DNA from: Blasia pusilla | Lineage: Eukaryota | Assembly: GCA_050084515.1 (NCBI GenBank) | Contig: CM114271.1 | Span: forward strand, 37,138,001 to 37,202,000 | DNA: 64,000 nt | Reading direction: 5' to 3' | In this document: one piece after another, positions 38,171-50,299 of the stretch | Position numbering within the stretch: position 1 is the stretch's first letter | Layout of the letters: each line of letters opens with the position of its first letter | Position numbers and translations under genes: made by a program | Notes under the pieces: generated by a model | Told to the model about the DNA's origin: nothing | Seen by the model: only the letters and a program-made list of their open reading frames with translations | The model's database searches: none

Positions 38171-39417
38171 GGTATGAAAGACTCACGAGCTTGCGGTCGA
38201 ACGATTTCTGATTGAGGAAGGGCCGCAAGATGACTACCACAAGTGAGCTTCACATAATTATCCACTCCCAGAAGATTCCACCGGGAGGAGACTGAGAATA
38301 AGAATGAGGATAAGAATGGGAATGGGTATGAGAATGAGAATGTTCAATTTATAGTGAACAGGGACTCAAATTCTTTTGACAGAATTTGACTAACAAGATA
38401 AAGTTTGGTGGGTGAGATTGTCTAACATTATGGATTCAATTCTGTTGCAACCAGTTGGAGTTCCATGGGTTGCAGAATTTGGGAATGAGAGACGTGGGTT
38501 GCGAAGCACCCAGTTCCATTTTTTGTTTCCGTATCCCAATGCAAATTGGAAGCCGTCGGAGTCCGTTGGGTTGGTACCCCCTTCATGCTGACCAATGGTC
38601 TGTTGAGACTATTTTGCTAGCATCAAACACGAGAAATCGCTTGCATTTGCTAAGGTAACTAATCGCTGGTGATTGTTAGGGGATTGTCCAACTCAGGGTA
38701 GACTTTGTGATCCGTCGGATTGCAAGAGGTTGCCTCGGAACTATCCGTTGTCGCATTGTTACCCGAGGGATAGAAAAGAGTGCAACCTGTCTATAACCAA
38801 CGGGTTGCCCAGGTACCTCGCCTATTACCCCGAGATGAGGGCAGCGTGCAACCCGTCGGCCTTCGATGGGTTGCGCAAGTGCCTCACCTTGTAACGCTTA
38901 CATGAAGGAAGTGTGCAACGCATCGGCCTCCGACGAGTTGCGCGGGTACCCCGCCTTGTTATCCCAAGACGAGGGAAGGGTGCAACCCCCCGATCTTTGA
39001 CGGGTTGCACGGGTACCTCGCATGCTTGCCCCAAGATGGCGGAGGCGCGCAACCTGTCGGAATCCCACGGGTTGCCATGATAGCTTGGCTAGGACGGATG
39101 CCTCCAACCTGTCAGAGACCCTCGGGTTGGTGGTTTTCACGTCTAGACCTCCATAACGGCCGATACGTCACCATCAGAAAGACGGTGCGACCCAACGGCT
39201 CGAAAAGTATAAATAGGCTAGGGTTCGCTCATTTCCGATTTTTCCTTTCGCGATCTCGATTGCTCTTCAGCGCAGCAACGGACCTGATACCAAGGGGCGC
39301 TTTACACGGTGACTCATCGTGAGACGATTCGAGTGACTCATCCGAGCGACTCATCAAGATGACTCATCGTGCACAAAAAGTAATTTCGTTGTCGAGGAGG
39401 AGGCACTTTCGGGAACA

Positions 39418-42400
39418 ATGACGAGGAAAAAATCTCAAGCAAGCAAGGCTATGAGCTTCACTCCCAAGTCCAGGACTCATGCGTCACCATCTCCAGGGCC
39501 TCATTTGGCCAATGAGATAAGGTAGCAAGAGATCGAGGAGCCTAAAAGGGAAGCGGAGATGCACATGCAGGAGCTTCTTGCAAAACGTGTTAAGGAGGCG
39601 CTTGAAAAATAGAACGCAGAGGCTGAGGCGTCACATGCCTTGAAGAAAAGGATCACCGAGGAGAAGCATGAAAAGAAGCGTCTGGACGCGTCGGTGAGGA
39701 GAGTAGAATTGGAAAAAGCTCGAAGGGAAAAAGAGATTGCCATTGAAGAAAGCCCGCCCCGTCCAACTGAAAGTGTTGAGATGCAGGAAATGTCCCCGAT
39801 GAAGTCCGGGGATACAATCAATATAAAATCAGCTGAGGAGACGGCCGAAGTTCAAGTAACGGATGATGAGGTCATGAGAACCGCCAGCGTGGAGATGGTG
39901 GATATCCCTGAACAAGCAGGAGAGCGGTTTTCCTCGTCTCTTAGCCCGTCGGAAGAAATTGACCTCTATCGGATCGACGAGTTTCCAGTGGACTTGCCAG
40001 TTGCTGTCCCATAGTAGTTGGCGGGCCAAGACATCGACCCAATCTTCGAGCGGGTAAGATACGATCTTTGTTCTTTGAGTTATGTGAAGGTCCATGTTAC
40101 AATTCATTGGAAATTCAATGTAGTTTATTGACCTTGTCCCGGTTGTGACAAGTGGTAAAGCAGATGGCACTGATGGAGGGCCATAACGCCCCGAGAATTC
40201 CACTTTTCCGACTGCGGAAAATGGAGTATGCCGCGAAATTCAGTCTGAGGAGGATATTGCGAAGCTGAAACAATCGACAGCGACTACATCCTACGTCGAC
40301 AACTTCCCTCCGTTCTAGGTTCAGCCTTACGATGAACATGGAACCCAAACGCTGGTGACTGAGGAGGACTTGGAAGCGTTCGACACATTTTGAAGGATGA
40401 GAGATCAAGAATTCAGAAGAGCGATTGAGGGGACGGAATTCAGCTGGATGCGGAACCTCTATTTCTTCATATGGGATGGATACCACAGGTTCATGGCGTG
40501 GACCCAGTTTGAAGAGGAGCGCCAAAACTCATTGGAGGCGCATTTCTACGTGAAGGCACTCGTGCTACATCCATACCCTCATCACATGGCGATAGTGGGA
40601 ATGGCCATGCATGCCATGAACACGTAAGTTTCCTCTTTCTTTATTTTGATTGCTGCAAACCGTCAGACTCCGACAAGTTGTTTAACTAGTGCTAACAAAA
40701 CATCAGATGCCTTAAAGCAACTCGTCAAAGTCCGACGAGTTGCTTGACTGGCCGCTGTTTTTAGGATGTTTTTGGCCAAAAGAAACTCTTCGGAGTCCGA
40801 CGAGTTGCTTGACTGGCCGCTTTTTTTAGGATGTTTTTGGCCGAAAGCAACTCGTCAGAGTCCGACGAGTTTCTTGACCGGACGTTGTTTTTAGGATGTT
40901 TTTGGCCGAAAGCAACTCATCAGACTCTGACAGGTTGCATGCGCCGACATGGGTAGGTCATCGGAGTAGAGGAGCTTGATTTTTGGCATCAAATTGCAGC
41001 TTTACTTGAAATTGCACAACATGTCATACTCCGACGGGTTGATATGTCCACTTTTTCCGCGGCGACCACTCTCTGAATACAAATTATCTGACAACTCGTC
41101 GGAGTTTGACGGGTTGTAATTAGGCAATCACAGATCTGAATGCAATCCATCGGACTCCGATGGGTTGCAATATTTAGCTCGTAGCTACCATTCCAACCAT
41201 GAGGTGTGGCGACCTGTCGGAGTCCGATGGGTTGTAGGAACTGATGTAGCTTGCAAAAATTCTAATATTGTGTTTGGATGTGCAAGATTGTATTTGAGGG
41301 GAATGTCACCCACCACTGGATCCAGGATTGCGATCGAGTGAAGAAAGTGCTAACGACGCACTTGGTAGAGTATAAGGGGTTCTTGGGCGACGCCTTTGTA
41401 AATGAGATGTTGGCGAAGGGGGCTCAAATAAAAAAAAGACTTGGGCAAATACATTTATTTCTCAAGATGCAGCCGTGACAATCCTTTGCTGGTCGAAGAT
41501 ACAGACCGCCAAGAAGAGCGCTTCATTGGAGCTGGAGCGGAGGGAGAACCTGTCTTTGTCTGAGCGTGCTAAGTTCATCCAAGTTGCAGTATCTAAAACT
41601 TCAAAATACACTGCAAGCAAGATGCGCTACATCGCCATTCTCAACCCCGAACATGGCCCCGATTTCTACAAGAAGCTGAAGGCGATCATCAAGCGCCAGC
41701 GGAAGAGTGATGAAGATCCGCATGGTCGGATTGGGGAGAAAGTGTCTCTCGAACGCGTCCATAGATTTGCCTTGTCTGGAATTTTGAAATTTAGGAGAAT
41801 CCGACTGATGAAAATCAGTCTCGAGGGCACAGAGGCCCAAAAGACGGCGGCACACCATCCTTCAGGTGTCTCTGATCCAGTGATCTCCCACTGGCTCCGT
41901 GAATGGTCATTCTGGGACGCGTTGCGGCTTCTCGGGAAGTCCATGCTCTTGGGTCTCAAAGCGGAGCTGAAAAAATAGAGCCACTTTCGGAGGAAGCAAA
42001 CTTGGAGAGTGTTGAAGATTTTGAACTTTGGCTGGATGACATCCGGGACTAGCCCATAAAAAAGCTAGGCTTCAGGACGATGTTCAAGGATCACATCCTC
42101 CCTCAGGCAGACCTTGATGAAGAAATAGAGGCGAAGAAAAGGGATTTCGCAAAGAAAAAGCGAGATCTTCAAGAGTAGGCGGCTGATGCATCTTGACTAA
42201 GAGCTGCCCAACGCATGGTGTTCAGGTACCTTGTCCATTGTAAGAATGCAGGTACGTGGCGAGAGACATTTTCCATGTTCGAGATGGAGATGGCTCAAAG
42301 CATGTCCGACTGGGAGGTGGAGAATTGCCCCATCTAGCTGGCCTTAAACAACCCCGAGGACATCACCGATAAAAATCTTTGACGTGTGTATGATGTAGTG

Positions 42401-44400
42401 GCCATAGGTAGGGACGACATCCCGAATTTCGTGCAGCTTGAAGACTTTTTCGAAGGAGATGCGGAGGAGCAAGCCCTCGAGACAGCAGAGTTGGTGTCCA
42501 AGGTCGTCACCGCCAAGGACAAATCTACAGCGGGTCTCAAAGCCAAGGCGAGGGGATCGAAGAAATTCGAGGCTGAGTCTTCCAAAAAAGAGGCTGAGAA
42601 TTCAAGGCATGAGGCGGAATCGTCCGGGCGAGCGGGGAGAGAGGGTCGGACCAGGTCCTCCGCCAAAAAAACTCCACCAGAGTGTAAGGTAATAGAGACC
42701 CCAACAAGCCGACTGCAAACTCGGGAGAAGCGGAAGCGAGAGGTGCGAGGTTTTTCCCAAGGAGCATACCAGGATGTGGAATACATTCCATCATCCTTGG
42801 GAAGACATAGAGAAACAACGACTTGGAAAATCGTCATCATTCACTGCACGAATATTCTGGATGAGCTGCAAAGTTTCAGTTCCCAAGCGTCGACACCTGC
42901 CATCGACAAATTGACAACGCAGGGACGGAAGCTTCAACGAAACGGGCACGCTCCCTCAATGGTCCATGGGGAGGTCGAGGAGGTGGCGGTGGATCTCCTC
43001 GTCGCTGATTTGCCCTCTGGGGTTACGCTTGTGGGACGAGAATCGATCTGACAATGTCCCAGACTGGAATGTCCCTCTTTCTTATGACCAGATCGCGCTT
43101 CTATTTTCCTTTGCATACGCTTATCTCATCGACAAGGGTTGTTTCTTGGTCTTGACTGGAGGGAGCGAGGACAAGCTCTTCAACGTGCAATGCGTCAAGA
43201 GGTCGCTGAAGTGGAGGACGGCGCAATCGTGGGTCATCAAGAACGAGTACCCACTCTGATCGGCGATGAGTCAAATCCGGTAAGGGCTCTAAATCCATAT
43301 ACAAATTTTCTTGCTCTGACAGGTTGTATCTCTGCATGCAACCCGTCGGATTGTCTGAGCTGGAGACTTCGGTGGTGCAATCTATCTGAAAGCGACGGAT
43401 TGCAAATTTACGGCAAGTCTCCATTGGGTGAATACAACCCGCCGGAACGTGACGGGTTGCAAGTGCTTATGCTTTTCCTTGTGTTTTTGGAATGATACAA
43501 CCCGTCTGAAAGCGATGGGTTGCTCTTAGCCAACCATGGGCTGCTCTAAGCCAGCAACCCGTCGCCTTCCGACGGGTTGCTAATGGCAAAAAAAATCACT
43601 AACACTTATAAAACAACCCGTCGGACACCTACAGGTTGCTCCAATATTAGGACTATAAGTTCTCTGCGGTTAAGCGAAGTTCTTTGGGGACGAGTTGCAC
43701 ATTGTGTCACCATATTGATAGTAGACTTTTCTTGTTGTTGCATACTCAAATTAGCTCTTTCTTGTTGCTGACATTGTTTCCAACCTGCTTCTTTACACAT
43801 GGATCATTCCTTTGTGTGTTGTTTTGTAATGCCCGAGCACAACTTCCAACTGTTTCAGATCCTCGATCTAGTGGATCCATGCTCCGATGGGTACAGCTTA
43901 GATAGTTTATACAATTACCCCCCAGGGAATTTACATGCAAAATGGTACCCCCTTACTTGGAGGAAGGGAAAAGTCGTCAACGCTAATGCAAACGCTCATC
44001 GAGCTCTACTCAAGGCCGGGTGACTTGGTGTTTGACTTAGTGGGCTTAGCAATTGCGAGTATCAAAGGCGCCTGGCATAATGGCAGGAACATTCTCTGCC
44101 TTGAGGGAATGCATGAACTGTTTGACCTTTGCAAAGAGGAAAAGGCAGATTACGACAGGCTAAATGGCAGGCATTACGACAGGCATACAACTCTCCTCCG
44201 AAGCCGAGAGCTCGGTTCCAGACCCACCATTGGTAGTGACACCATCGTCACTTCCCACGATTCTGAAAATCGGGAGGGCAAGGCCAAAAATAATTCTGGA
44301 AGAGCTCTCGGACGATTACGAGTGAGTTCAAAGAACTCAAGGACTTGACTGCAACGTTTTGGAGTAGGGATTTATTTGATGACGAGACAAAATAATTCAT
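39418..44400 (+). pseudogene. ParB/Srx-like domain plus beta-class N4-cytosine/N6-adenine DNA methyltransferase fusion; exons ~39418-40053, ~40151-40623, ~41287-43279, ~43800-44400
   Basis: ParB-like IPLFRL..REIQSEEDIAKLKQS..FFIWDGYHRFMAW. MTase KIVIIHC..VDLLVADLPSG..WN..YDQIALLFSFAYAYLIDKGCFLV, then EKSSTLMQTLIELYSRPGDLVFDL..SIKGAWHNGRNILCLE. GTAAG donors at 40054, 40624 and 43280. Several stops and frameshifts. Confidence 0.75.
40725..40945. repeat. ~63-bp tandem repeat (3-4 units) of the palindrome inside an intron
   Basis: AAAGCAACTCGTC..GTCCGACGAGTTGCTTGACTGGCCGC..TTTTAGGATGTTTTTGGCC repeated. Confidence 0.9.
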
Positions 44401-47400
44401 AGAATATATCAAATGTACAGTTTCGAGCTTTCTTCGGATGTAATAAAAGACAAGATTTTTTCGAACGATGATGGTGTTTGTAAATGTTTGCTGAATATCT
44501 TTTTTGTCTTGTCGATTGTGATCGTCTATGTACTGCAAAAATTTATTTTGCAACCCGTCGGATTGCCACGGGTTGCAACTTTTCACTTTTTGACCACTAC
44601 ATCTTTTTAACCACTTCCAGGCAACTTGTCGGATTCCGATAGGTCGGCTGCGGGAGTGATTGGACTCTTTCCTTTGTTGGTCCAACTTTACAGGCATTCT
44701 GATGGGCTTCTTCACTTTGGCACCTTCCCCTAGTTTGGTCAAACAAGTCTTAGGCTTCTTCTCTTCTCTAAGACGTGTTGTATTCCTACTACCTGTCAAA
44801 TTGCCATGATGGTGTCTCCAAGGACGAAGCACATATTGATACTGGATGGGTATCACCGTGCAGAGCGTACAAGATTTACTGCTGAGGAAGGCGGTGGGAC
44901 TCAAATCAGGTTACATGGGACCGTTATGGTGTACCTAGGGGGGTGCCAGGGCTCTCGAATTCGCCAACATTTTTCGATCCCCGTCTTCAATTGGCCAAAG
45001 GAGCCACTTGTATCCCAGGACATTCCTTTTGTACAGGAACCTAGGAGAGTTAGGAGTAAATTTGTAGATGACGAGGTTGAAGAAATCATAGACTAGATCA
45101 AATGTACATTTTGAGCTTCCTTCAGATGTAGTAAAGGACAAGATTTTTTCAAACAATAATGGTGTTTGTAAAAGTTTTCTGAATATATTTTTTGGACTTG
45201 TCGATTGTATTCGTCTAGTTGCTCAGAATGTTTATTTTGCAACGCGTCTGATTCCGACGGGTTGCAACTTTTCACTTTTTGACCACTGCAACTTTTTAAC
45301 CATTTCCAAGCAAGCTGTCAGATTCTGACAAGTTGGCTGATTGAGTGATCGGACCCTTTCCCTATGAGAACAACTTTTGAGACATTTTGGTGGGCTTCTT
45401 CACTTTTGGCTTGTTCCCCTTGTATCGTTAGACCAGTCGTAGGCTTCTTTTCTTCTCTGAGACGTGTTGGATTCCTACTACGTGTCGGATTGCCATTTCG
45501 GATTCCCAACTACATGTATTTTCGTGGGTGCATGATGGAATGGAATCACTTTTCAAAATCTTTCCTTTGTTATGGTGAGCTTGCTTGCAAGGGATGCAAG
45601 CCATTTGATTCCGACGGGTTCCAAGAGTTGCAACCTGTAAAATTTTGACGGATTGGGAGGGGTGCAACTTATCGGTTTCTCTGATTTAGGATCTGAATGA
45701 AGGGACATCGGTTCCTCTTTACTCCAGATTGTTAACAATATTTTGGTTCAATTATTGTCTACTATGTTCACATTTCACAAAGTTGGTCTTTATTTGAACC
45801 TTTCATTGAGATGAGATTGCTACCTATGGTCAAATTATTTGCCAATGGTCCTCCAACAAAAATACCCATGGGCACAGCTTACTGTAGACTGAGACAGGCA
45901 ATGTGAAGAAACTTAGGCTCACATGGAGAGTGATGGAAAAATGTTTGTAATGGTCTTATGATATCTACTTGTTTTTCGCCCCCTGGAAAAAGGAGGTTTC
46001 TTTAGGCCCGAATGTGGACCACTACCTACTCTCTTCTAAAGATTTCATGAATTTGAAAGCAAACAAAAATTTCAAATATGTCAAAAATTTTAAGAGAGGA
46101 GGCGGATTTGGCCCTTTTTTTTTAAGAGAGACTCTCCTCTCTTCCTCTCCTTTCTTCCTCTCTCCTGCCAGAATACCAGCCCCCAAGGCGTTGGGACTCC
46201 AATCATGTTACATGGGACCGTTATGGTGTATCCTGGGGGGGGGGGGGGGCAAGGCTCTCGAATTCCCCAACATTTTTTATCCCCGTCTACAATCGGCCAA
46301 AGGAGCCACTTGTATCCCAAGACATTCCTTTTGTAAAGGAACCTATGAGAGTTAGGAGTAAATTTGAAGATGACAAGGTTGAAGAAATCATAGACTAGAT
46401 CAAATGTACATTTATGAGCTTCCCTTTGATGTTATAAAGGACAAGAAGTTTTTGAACCATGATGGTTTTTGTAAACTTTTGCTCAATTGTTTTTCGTTCT
46501 TGTCGATTGTGTTGGTCTAACTACTCGAGGCTTTTTAGTTTGCAACCGTTGGATTTCGACGTGTTGCAACTTGTCAGAATATTTTTAACCCCTTTCAGGA
46601 AACCTATCGGATTTTGACAGGTTGGCTGCTTGAGGGATCCCCCTCTTTTTGTAAACTTTTGCTGATTTTTTTTTGTTCTTGTCGATTTTGTTGGTCTATC
46701 GACTCGAGGCTGTTTATTTTGCAACCCGTTAGATTCCTAAGGGTTGCAACTTGTCACAATATGTTTAACTCCTTTAAGGCAACTTGTCAGATTCCGACAT
46801 GTTGGTTGCTTGAGTGATCCCACTCTTTCCCTGCTAGTCCAACTTCTTAGGCATTCTGGCAGGCTGCTTCACATTTGCCTCGTTCCCCCATTATTTTCAC
46901 ACCATTCTTCTCTAACACGTTATTTCAGAGACGTGTTGGATTCCTACTACCTGTCAGATTCTCATGTCAGATTCCCAATCTGTCGGATTCTCATGGGGTC
47001 TAGGGTGGAATGGAATCACTTGTCAAGATCATTATTTTTTTCTAGTGTGTTTGCTTGTAAGGGGTGCAACCCATCGCATTGCGATGGGTTGCAAGAGTTG
47101 CAATCTATCGTATTTTGACGGGTTGGAAGGGCGCAACCTGTTGGATTCCGACATTTAGGGTCTGAATGAAGAGACATGGGTGCATCTGTTCCTCTTTACT
47201 CTTGACAACTATCAACCTTTTGGTTCAATTGTCGTCTCAATCTGATCACATTTTCTTCTTGATGCATACATTTCTCAGTGGTTGAGAAAATGGTGAAACC
47301 AAATTGTCAAATGCACAACAATCCATGGTATACTTTATGTACCCATTCATGAGCCAACATCATCCAATGATGTCATGAAAGTCTCCGGCTACCATCAGTG

Positions 47401-47940
47401 ATGAGTGATTTGTTCTGTTGTGGAAACCCCCCTCATGGATGAATATTGATCGGATGGGATATTTAATCCATAATGTCAACCACATCTTCAGAGAAGTTAA
47501 ACCTTGAAGGGCACATGTGTCTATTGAGACCATAGTTAGAGTCTTTATTTGAACCTTTCATTGAGATGAAATTGCTACTTCTGGTCAAATTATCTGCCCA
47601 TGGTCCTCCAACAAGAATACCCCTCTGCATGGCTTAGTGTAGAGCTAGCTTAGACAGGCAATGTGAAGAAAATTGGGCTCACATGGAGAGTGATGGAAGG
47701 ATGTTTGTAGTGGTCTTATGATATCAACTTGTTTTTCCAAGCCTGGAAAAAGAAGGTTACTTTAGGCCCGAATGTGGTCCATTTGTTTCTCTCTTCTAAA
47801 GATTTCATGAATTTGAAAGCAAACAAAAATTCAAAAATGTCAAGAAGTTTTGAATAGAGGAGGCGGATTCTGCCCTTTTTTTTTTTTTTTTGTAAGAGAG
47901 ACTCTCCTCTCTTACTCTCTCCTGCCAGAATACTAGCCCC
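44370..47940. repeat. Array of diverged ~0.7-kb and longer modules downstream of the MTase gene, also present at 25375-26490
   Basis: GATGACGAGG..GAA..CATAGA(C/A)TAGATCAAATG at ~25383, ~26072, ~44378, ~45067, ~46368. GTTACATGGGACCGTTATGGTGTA at ~25917, ~44910, ~46207. 45490-46180 is repeated at 46950-47940. Confidence 0.85.
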
Positions 47941-50299
47941 CCATCATCTGACTTATAGAGGTTTTCGTGCCTACTACGTCAGTTTGTACGTCTTGACATT
48001 GCTTCTCAAAGTTCTCCATTCTGCTGATCAAGCTCGTCAACTCACTCTACACACATCCAGAAATATGTATCTCATCATCAAATGTGTACTTGCTAATCAT
48101 AAAACACATGAAGTCAATAACCCTATATTCCTTGTTGAATTCATCCCTCTACCTTATATTGCCACTAAAAAGATGAATCTCCAAACCCCACAAGGTAAGT
48201 CTTATATGTTAATAAGAAACTTTATCCCTACTTCAAATCTTGACAATCTTCTCTAAATTAGGTTCCCATTAGGTCATGACTTCATGCAAACTTCTTCAGC
48301 TCAGTATAGGAAATGCCTTTGTGTTGATCGATTGATGACTCTTCTCTATTTTTTTAGGTGCTCCCAATGACTCTGACAAGTCTTCCAATGTGGGGCTTGT
48401 CCCACGCTCTTTCCTCTACATATTACAATATATACATTCTTAGAGTACAAATACTATAGAGATACAATTAAAAAAAGCAAAGGTAGTAAATTGAGAGTAA
48501 ATCTCAATATTAAAGAAAGCCAACTTACCATATAATTCCTCTGGCCAGCATATCCACGTCTCCCATGCGGATTCAAATGCTCCACCTTTGCCCTATTAGC
48601 CTTCATGCGTTGAGATCTAGACTCACCCTCAGGAGATAACCAATAACTTTTCAAATTCTCCCATGTTCAAGGATTCACATCCAAGGGTGCAAGGCATTCA
48701 GATCCACCCCCCTTGATCTTTCCACACTTTCTTCAATCTGGCCCTTTCTCTCTTCATCAAATATTGTAGAGAAGTCCTCCAAAAAAAAATCGTAAGCTCA
48801 CCACCTTTATATTCATATCGTGAGTCTATATCTCGCCAAATTGTCTTAAAGTCATGGTCCAATTGCTTGATGACATCAATAATGCTAAGGTCAAGGTGAC
48901 GATGGATAGAGACCTTAACATCATCATACCACGCTCCCATTGCCTTCACATCCATAGACTATCTCACCATTTGGAGTCACCTCCACAGTCGGCAACAAAC
49001 CGGCACCCTCTCGAATCTTGGTACTTGCCTCCCAAGCTTCATATTCCTCCTTTCTCTGCATACGAGAAATGGATGAGTCTACCTTCCATAAAAGATACAT
49101 CGTCAAGAGTTGGAATGAGGGAACCAAACACGATGAAACACCACACTATACATATCTTTCAAAATGTATTTAACTTTGAAGAATATAGAAGACTCACACT
49201 CCATTAAAAATAGGAATAAAAGTAGCAAAGTAGCTAATATATGCTCAATAGAAAGTAGAGCAGGTCAAGGAACAAAGGGTACAAATCTTACCAAGAGGAG
49301 GTTGTGCCCTGATAGGCCACTCAGACATTTGGGGTTGAGGAGGGGGTGGAGGGGGTGGATAGAAAGACCCTCATGCACCATAGGGACCCCAACTAGGTGG
49401 GATAGATCCTACAATATGACATCAATCCAAGACATGTAAATAAATTATTTTTTTCTGATATCTCAGCAAATAGAAGAAAAATAATTGATATTACCTAGAT
49501 TCTTTAAAGTTAGCACCTTTCAGCTGTCAACTACCATGGTAGCAATATATCCATTCATCAACATAATCACAACAACTTTTGGGTTGAATGTTTCCAATCC
49601 TTACCTCCCATTGTTGTCGGCCAGTGTTGCATTGGATATCCAAGGTTGTACCCTTGCATAGGCCATTGCATTCCATGGTAAACACCTTTCTGCTCTTTCT
49701 TTCTCATTTCCCTTGGACTTGAAGACTGACAACCACATATTAGTTTCTTTGGCCTTCTACGAATGCATTCGATAATTGAAAAATCTGCATCACTAGTATC
49801 ACATCTAAATTTGAGAAATACAATACAAGGATCAATCAACACAAAGATCTTCACTCACATGTAAATTTCCTTCAAGGGGTCTCTTTTTCTTCTTCTTCAT
49901 TTTTGTGGTTTCAAGAGATTCAAAATCAGCATCATCTGATTTCTCGCCATGGATGTCAAACTTTGGATCAGACGAGTTATCTCCACATAAGAATCTCTCA
50001 TTCTCTGAGCCTACCTCCTCGATAGAGTGTTGTAAACACTGTCTTATGGTAAATATGTCCCTGGAATGATGAATGTGCACCCTTACTTGTAGGTACACTT
50101 GTTGATCTAATGTTACGAAATTCTTTAGTTATGTTCAAAACCTTGGAAGCCAAGTGATTCAGATTCAATAATTAGTCCATTGTTGATTTTCAGCAAGCAA
50201 TGAGGCAACTAACCACCACGTCACAAGGAAGCCAAACACTCACTTTATAAACCTAAAGCCTTGCCTCCTTCTATGCTCAAAGAAAAAATATTCCCCCTC

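Larger units (their letters stand above)
23191..47940. mobile_element. Composite Mutator-like element: tandem units of MULE transposase plus ParB-MTase gene plus palindrome-rich spacers; ends not resolved
   Basis: 23191-26480 is homologous to 38629-45480. A MULE transposase gene lies between the two copies, and the same 27-bp palindrome occurs throughout. Confidence 0.65.

Noticed and set aside
39418-44400. Bacterial contamination as the source of the ParB-MTase
   Set aside because: The gene has GTAAG-type introns and a TATA box and is interleaved with plant TEs, so it is integrated eukaryotic DNA.
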